11,002 nt of DNA from positions 1 to 11,002 of the forward strand of contig JANPLN010000070.1 of assembly GCA_031426555.1 (NCBI GenBank). The letters run 5' to 3'. The notes beneath the pieces were generated by a model, which was not told the origin of the DNA, did not search any database, and worked only from the letters and a program-made list of their open reading frames with translations. The DNA comes from Bdellovibrionales bacterium (lineage in GTDB: Bacteria > Bdellovibrionota > Bdellovibrionia > Bdellovibrionales > JAGQZY01). Within the stretch, counting starts at the first letter, position 1, and each line of letters starts with the position of its first letter. Both the position numbers and the translations under genes were made by a program. This document shows, one piece after another, positions 6,585-11,002 of the stretch.

Positions 6585-8653
6585 GTTCCCGTGCCAGTAA
6601 TGTTCAGGGTTGCTGTTTGTCCTACGTTTCCGTTGTTGTATGGAATTTGAATTGTCTCGTTAGTAGAACCAAAGCCGGGAGCCAAATATTCCACACGAAT
6701 CAAGCAGCTAGCTCCAGAAGCTAGACTGGCTCCGCAGGTGCCTCCGCCCGCGCCCGGATAACTTCCGCCAACAAAAGAAAAGGGTCCCGTCAAGGTGACG
6801 CCAGACATCGCCGTTGCTGGCACGCCTCCGCTGTTTGTAACCGTATACAGTTCATAGACTGGCGCGGTCGGAGAAGCTATAACGCCAACGAGAGACGTAT
6901 TCCCTGTGATCGCGAGAGCTGCAGGATTTGCTCCAACTCCCATAACGTCGCGAGTTGTTGTTTGCGCCGCGACGCCGTCGTTGTAGCCAATAATAAATGT
7001 ATCGTTACTTGTAATGGCAGCCACTGGAGAAAAAGACACAACTACGGTGCAAGTTCCACCAGGTATCAGTACAGCTCCGCAGGTACCGCCGGTGCCCGGA
7101 AACGAACCACCTACAAACTCAAAAGGGGCAGCGATGCCTGTGCCACCCAAACCGATTGCATTGCTGCCTCCAGTATTTGTGATGGTAAATGCGTGCGTGA
7201 CCACGGCACCATTCGCTACTGTACCGTAATTATGAGTGGGACCATCGGAGATGGTTAGCAGCGCTGGACTTCCGGGTGTTGCCAAATTTCCCAGATACAT
7301 TCCTCCATGACCGCGAAGTTCGCCAGACTTGGAGGGACAAATTAAACCATAGCCAGAATTGACTGCGGCAGTCGTCGTCATTGAAAACACATTGCCCGTC
7401 GACGTGCTTGCCGACAACGGAACTTCTACAAAACCATTTAGACCGAGACTGTTTGGATTGCACAGTATGTTGTCGCGATCAGTAGGTTCACTGCTTGCTG
7501 TAAAAACTTTTGCACCGTCGTAAATCGTGATTAAGGTATTTGGTAAAAAACGAACAGTAAATGTGTTTGCTGCCCTTGCGTATTTTTTGAGTTGTCCGCC
7601 GGCGAAAAAGTAGGAAAAAGCGCCTTCCAGAGACTTAGCATTGTCGTTGCCCATTCCATTGAACTGTTCGCCCTTCAATACAATCACATTTTGGGTGTAC
7701 TGCTGACTGAGGCTACTCCCTGTACAAGAGCTATCACCGCCATACACCCGCACATCGCCGGTGACGCCGAGTGGATCATACATTAAATAGTTCGTCCCAC
7801 CGTCAAAGGACAATCTCGTTAAAGTGTATGGCGAGTTGTGTTTACATATTCTTTTGCTCGCATCTGCATAGCCGGGAGCAAAAAAGTAGCCGATAACCAG
7901 ATCGGTGTCGTCCTCGTTTTGCGGCTCCCACGTTGTTCCATTGTATCTATCGTAAATGTCTGGCCGCACGATCCTAGCGATCTGAGTGTTTCCGCCCAAA
8001 CTCGCTGGCAAGAAATCTTCGTTGAGTTTAATTTTGGACAATATTGGCATTCCGCCTTCAAGTTCATAGGAAACATCAAAGTTTTTGGAAGCAAAAAAAT
8101 CAAACCATCCATTGATGATATGGGTTTTAAATAATGTAAAAGAGCGGTGCCCCACCACGGGGATCAAACTGATATTCACGATTCCGGTTGGGCCCACATC
8201 GGGGCCAGTTAAGAATCGCCCCGCGATGTGTCCACCTTCAAAATTTCCAAGACTGGAAATGGTCATGGATAGTTGGTTAGTAGTGCTTGTGAGATCCGCT
8301 GTTGCGGTTCCGTATTTGATTTCAATTTGATCTGAAGCATTGGAATAGGCTGCAACTAATTGAAACAATCGTTGTTTACCGACGGGAACTTCAAGCTCAA
8401 TCTCCGGAGTTATCTCCGTACCAAGCTCTTTAAAGTCACCGTGCTCTTTTTTGGCGTAGATTACGGAACTGATGCCCTCGCCGCTGATGTTGACAGCTAA
8501 AAACTTTAGGCAGGTTGTACAAGTGAGAGAGTTTAGTTTTTCGCTGGGAGGGAGTGAAATAACCATCGAGGCTTTATCATCGGCGGCGCGCTGACAAGCC
8601 ACAGAGATTACCATCAAAATAAACAAACCTGTTCGTTTTAAAAAAAGAATCAC
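6581..8653 (-). CDS. Surface lipoprotein with two C-terminal Ig-like (choice-of-anchor D / ASH-like) repeats
   Basis: Lipoprotein signal ...FILMVISVAC and two ~114-aa repeats at the C-terminus. The start is placed at GTG 8653 rather than 8662 because GAGGTG lies 6 nt upstream of it. Confidence 0.75.
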   Translation of the reverse strand: MILFLKRTGLFILMVISVACQRAADDKASMVISLPPSEKLNSLTCTTCLKFLAVNISGEGISSVIYAKKEHGDFKELGTEITPEIELEVPVGKQRLFQLVAAYSNASDQIEIKYGTATADLTSTTNQLSMTISSLGNFEGGHIAGRFLTGPDVGPTGIVNISLIPVVGHRSFTLFKTHIINGWFDFFASKNFDVSYELEGGMPILSKIKLNEDFLPASLGGNTQIARIVRPDIYDRYNGTTWEPQNEDDTDLVIGYFFAPGYADASKRICKHNSPYTLTRLSFDGGTNYLMYDPLGVTGDVRVYGGDSSCTGSSLSQQYTQNVIVLKGEQFNGMGNDNAKSLEGAFSYFFAGGQLKKYARAANTFTVRFLPNTLITIYDGAKVFTASSEPTDRDNILCNPNSLGLNGFVEVPLSASTSTGNVFSMTTTAAVNSGYGLICPSKSGELRGHGGMYLGNLATPGSPALLTISDGPTHNYGTVANGAVVTHAFTITNTGGSNAIGLGGTGIAAPFEFVGGSFPGTGGTCGAVLIPGGTCTVVVSFSPVAAITSNDTFIIGYNDGVAAQTTTRDVMGVGANPAALAITGNTSLVGVIASPTAPVYELYTVTNSGGVPATAMSGVTLTGPFSFVGGSYPGAGGGTCGASLASGASCLIRVEYLAPGFGSTNETIQIPYNNGNVGQTATLNITGTGT
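6584..7267 (-). repeat. Two tandem ~114-aa Ig-like protein repeats (6926-7267 and 6584-6925)
   Basis: Both repeats read PA.L.I...T.TN.GG..A....G.....PF.FVGGS[FY]PG..GGTCGA.L..G..C...V.[FY]...N.T..I.YN.G.......G.G, each with one Cys pair. Confidence 0.85.
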
Positions 8654-8674
8654 TCTTGCCACCTCGACACTTGC

Positions 8675-8701
8675 TTATCGAACGATTTTTCAAAAACTTA
8701 A
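8675..8701 (-). promoter_or_regulatory. Sigma-28 (FliA)-type promoter for the Ig-repeat lipoprotein
   Basis: The - strand reads TTAAGTTT-N11-TTCGATAA against the extended consensus TAAAGTTT-N11-GCCGATAA (7/8 and 6/8, exact spacing). It sits 21 nt upstream of the GTG at 8653. Confidence 0.65.
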
Positions 8702-8757
8702 CCGTCGGCTGTGTAGATTCGAAATGGGTGTTCTTTTATCAATTTGAGACAGAGAAC

Positions 8758-8847
8758 CGTCCCGCTTCGCAGCGAGATAGTTCAATTGCGTCTCGCTTCG
8801 CAGCGAGACGGTTCAATCGCGTCTCGCTTCGCAGCGAGACGGTTCAA
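8758..8847. repeat. Tandem array of three 31-bp palindromic units (REP/BIME-like)
   Basis: Unit CGTCTCGCT-TCGC-AGCGAGACG-GTTCAATCG at 8758-8788 (4 mismatches), 8789-8819 and 8820-8847 (28 nt). Copies 2 and 3 have a perfect 9-bp stem. Confidence 0.92.
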
Positions 8848-8855
8848 CATCTCAG

Positions 8856-9230
8856 TTAAGCGGCGAAAAATCGGGTTTCGATTTTTTTGTAATGCTTGGC
8901 AAATTGAAATGTTTTTGCAGAATAGGTTTTGTGATATTTAGAAAATTGTTTATCTAAAAATGTGTAATAATTTTTGTACAGCATGTTACCAAAAAACTTG
9001 CAATACCATGTTGGCGAAGCTGTTGGCACAAACTCATGGGTGCGGCAAAATTTATGTGTGTAGGTATTCATTAATCCCCACCACTTCATCGCCTCTGAGC
9101 GGTGAATAAAATTACCAACAAAAAATGGTTTTCCATGATGGGTCAAACCCACCTCAAAACCTTTACCCGCTGGTTTGCAGTAAGCTTTAAACATCATTTT
9201 TCCGAACTTGTGATTTTTCATCTTGGTCAT
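8856..9230 (-). CDS. Small, highly basic, aromatic-rich hypothetical protein (124 aa)
   Basis: A strong AAAGGAGGT RBS lies 6 nt upstream of ATG 9230, so the start is MTKMKNHKFG rather than the ORF-track start at 9266. The ORF fills the gap between its neighbours. Confidence 0.75.
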   Translation of the reverse strand: MTKMKNHKFGKMMFKAYCKPAGKGFEVGLTHHGKPFFVGNFIHRSEAMKWWGLMNTYTHKFCRTHEFVPTASPTWYCKFFGNMLYKNYYTFLDKQFSKYHKTYSAKTFQFAKHYKKIETRFFAA

Positions 9231-9242
9231 TATAAGACCTCC

Positions 9243-9274
9243 TTTGTAGGAACAGTATCGGCTCATCCTACAAA
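9243..9274 (-). promoter_or_regulatory. Perfect 9-bp inverted repeat abutting the RBS of the 124-aa gene
   Basis: TTTGTAGGA (9243-9251) and TCCTACAAA (9266-9274) with a 14-nt spacer. On the - strand the 3' arm runs directly into GGAGGT. Confidence 0.5.
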
Positions 9275-9352
9275 ATGAAAAGTCTTGATCGTTTTTTATA
9301 GACTCGACAAAGATCGGCGACAGATTTTAGACGGCCATTTTATTTTTCGACT

Positions 9353-10471
9353 TTATTTTTCGAAATAATTAAAAATATCTGCGATTGCCTGAGAGCGAAT
9401 GCTATCCGTCTCCATCAAAATTTCATGGTAGCTCGGGTAGGTTTTCATCTGGCACTTGGAAACAGTTTTACACACATACTTTTGCGCTTTGGCATCCGCT
9501 CTAAAGTCGCGGCTAGCCACTAGCAAAAAAATATCATTGGTCACTTTTAAAAGCTGTCCGCGCTCGCGCAATACCTTTCCAGCCGTCAAAGCTTGTTCCG
9601 TCCACTTGATAGAAGGGCCTCCAACGATGGCCTGTGGCCACTTGTTCCAAATGTAATCGTTTATGCGAAAGCGATCCCTACTGCTCGTCAAATTTGCCGG
9701 GTACTCAGGGTCGTCGCCACGAAAGGATCGCACACGGATTTCTCGGCCATCGGGTGGGATTTCTCGCCCAGCCCACGCGAAGGCTTTTTCACCCGGAGTG
9801 TATCCATAACAATCCAACTCACCAATGGTGATAAAATCCGTGATGCCACAGACAAAAGAGGTTTTAATGAGAGCAAATTTTTGCTCCGTTTTAATTTTGA
9901 ACATAGAACCTGACAAAGCCGACTTTCTAAATGGATTCACTGGATTTTTTTGGAAATAGCGCATGGCTATGGCCCCACCCATGGAGTTTGATAACAAAAA
10001 GAGCCGCTGTGATGCCACCTGCCCATCTTTTAAAACAACATCATTCACAAATTGCGTAAAGTCTTTGACGTACTCATCAAAGCGCTCCACGTGTCCTATG
10101 GTGGTATCAGGAAGTTCATGCCCCTTTGCGAGAACTGTGGGCGAAAAGCCTTGGCCTCGATGATCTATGGCGTAAATTGGGGAATAGCCGCGTTTGATAA
10201 AATCGTGAGCGACCTCGATGTATTTCAGCGCCGCCTCCGTCCGCCCCGGCACGATGACGAGGGACCCCTTTGCTCCGCGGTGCGAGCCAAATTTTGTATA
10301 ATAGATGTTTAATCCTGGGCGGGCGACAAAGAAATTCACCTGGTAAAACGACCCGTGTCCTGAGTCCAGAAGAGATACCATTTTTGCCAGAGCCGTTGTC
10401 TCTGGCACAGCCCAGAGAGGAATCGCCAATAAAAAGGCACCCAGCACGACAATCCATTTTTGAGTTTTCAT
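9353..10471 (-). CDS. Alpha/beta hydrolase, lysophospholipase L2 (PldB)-like, with N-terminal signal peptide
   Basis: Motifs VIVPGRTE...KY.E, IDHRGQG.S, GHVERFDEYV.D, nucleophile elbow SNSMGG, LTSS..R, GGPS..W and HEILME.D..R. Hydrophobic N-terminus ending PLWA and a GGGGGA RBS. Confidence 0.88.
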   Translation of the reverse strand: MKTQKWIVVLGAFLLAIPLWAVPETTALAKMVSLLDSGHGSFYQVNFFVARPGLNIYYTKFGSHRGAKGSLVIVPGRTEAALKYIEVAHDFIKRGYSPIYAIDHRGQGFSPTVLAKGHELPDTTIGHVERFDEYVKDFTQFVNDVVLKDGQVASQRLFLLSNSMGGAIAMRYFQKNPVNPFRKSALSGSMFKIKTEQKFALIKTSFVCGITDFITIGELDCYGYTPGEKAFAWAGREIPPDGREIRVRSFRGDDPEYPANLTSSRDRFRINDYIWNKWPQAIVGGPSIKWTEQALTAGKVLRERGQLLKVTNDIFLLVASRDFRADAKAQKYVCKTVSKCQMKTYPSYHEILMETDSIRSQAIADIFNYFEK

Positions 10472-10506
10472 AATTCCCCCGATTTTCCCGATTTATTTAT
10501 AGCCTT

Positions 10507-10692
10507 TTACGCTCGCATATTTGTAAACTGTAGCGGAACACCCACATTGGAACGCTTCATCAGCGCGATGCACTCTTGCAGCTCATCAATGCTTTTTGAA
10601 GTTACGCGAACAAGATCATCGTTGATGGCTGCCTGAACTTTGAGTTTTGAGTCTTTGATTTCTTTGACCACTTTTTTTGCGGCTTCTTTTTC
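10507..10692 (-). CDS. yajQ: C-terminal ~61 aa of YajQ-family nucleotide/c-di-GMP-binding protein; 5' part absent
   Basis: EKEAAKKVVKEIKDSKLKVQAAINDDLVRVTSKSIDELQECIALMK...VPLQFTNMR matches the YajQ C-terminal domain pattern (AKK..K.IKD.KLKVQA.I..D.VRVT.K..D.LQ..IA......PLQF.N.R). GC content matches the rest of the window. Confidence 0.85.
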   Translation of the reverse strand, partial: EKEAAKKVVKEIKDSKLKVQAAINDDLVRVTSKSIDELQECIALMKRSNVGVPLQFTNMRA

Positions 10693-11001
10693 GCCTGCCG
10701 CCTTGTTCGCAATGGCAACGTCGGCCGAGTAGATCCGTTCGCCGGCGCGTTGAGCCTGAGCTTGCATCATCCCGGGGAAGATCCCCGCCCCGACGACCAC
10801 CGCCACACACAACGCCCATGCGACCTTGGGCCCGGGGTTTGCGTTTTCCACGAACGCGTTGGTCGCCGGCCCGAAACACATTTTGGCGATCAGACGCAGA
10901 TAATAGGCGGCCGCGATGGCGGCGTTCAGGGCACCGACGATCGCCAGGGCCAGGAACCACATCTTGCCCGGTTCGTCGGCCGTCGCGCCGCCAATTTGGA
11001 C
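10693..11001 (-). CDS. nuoN: C-terminal fragment of NADH-quinone oxidoreductase subunit N-like protein; high GC, apparently foreign
   Basis: LAIVGALNAAIAAAYYLRLIAKMCF followed by a last TM helix ending GIFP resembles the NuoN C-terminus. The frame is open to the window end (VQIGGATADEPGKMWF...). GC is 42/60 at 10741-10800. Confidence 0.7.
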
Positions 11002-11002
11002 C

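Noticed and set aside
8758..8847. Palindromic repeats as a CRISPR array
   Set aside because: The units are directly adjacent with near-identical 9-nt linkers, there are no unique spacers, and no cas genes are in the window.
8656..8941. + strand ORFs 8656-8859 and 8744-8941
   Set aside because: They are translations of the tandem repeat and promoter region, overlap real - strand genes, and show no recognisable protein features.
9255..9320. GCCGATAC and GCCGATCT (- strand) as sigma-28 -10 boxes for the 124-aa gene
   Set aside because: Neither has a TAAAG/TCAAG-like -35 element at the required spacing.
10472..10506. Short direct repeat CCCGATTT x2 upstream of the hydrolase
   Set aside because: It is only 8 bp, overlaps the RBS region, and is too short to support a functional claim.
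166..10960. Remaining short ORFs (60-115 aa) antisense to or nested in the main genes
   Set aside because: They overlap well-supported CDSs and show no recognisable motifs, so they are treated as shadow ORFs.
10507..10962. The 151-aa ORF as a genuine novel membrane-anchored YajQ
   Set aside because: The sharp GC discontinuity, two unrelated housekeeping fragments and the position at the sequence end favour a chimera. The Met at 10962 is internal to a frame that stays open to the window edge.

Overview
This is a ~42-45% GC bacterial window. Its gene content and style suggest a Bdellovibrionota-type genome, which is inference only. On the + strand, a possibly 5'-truncated ORF carrying a Pol-beta-type nucleotidyltransferase motif is followed by a compact four-gene iron-acquisition-like cluster: a His-box sterol desaturase/fatty acid hydroxylase, an FbpA/FutA-like Fe3+-binding protein, an imelysin-like lipoprotein and a FecA-like TonB-dependent receptor. 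The cluster has a Fur-box-like site but no ABC permease or ATPase. The - strand carries a lipoprotein with two Ig-like (choice-of-anchor D-like) repeats behind a well-formed sigma-28 promoter, a 3 x 31-bp palindromic tandem repeat, a small basic hypothetical protein and a signal-peptide-bearing PldB-like hydrolase. The last ORF joins a high-GC NuoN-like C-terminus in frame to a low-GC YajQ C-terminus, most likely an assembly chimera at about 10692/10693. The best candidates for new biology are the permease-less iron cluster led by a desaturase-fold protein and the orphan nucleotidyltransferase-like protein.
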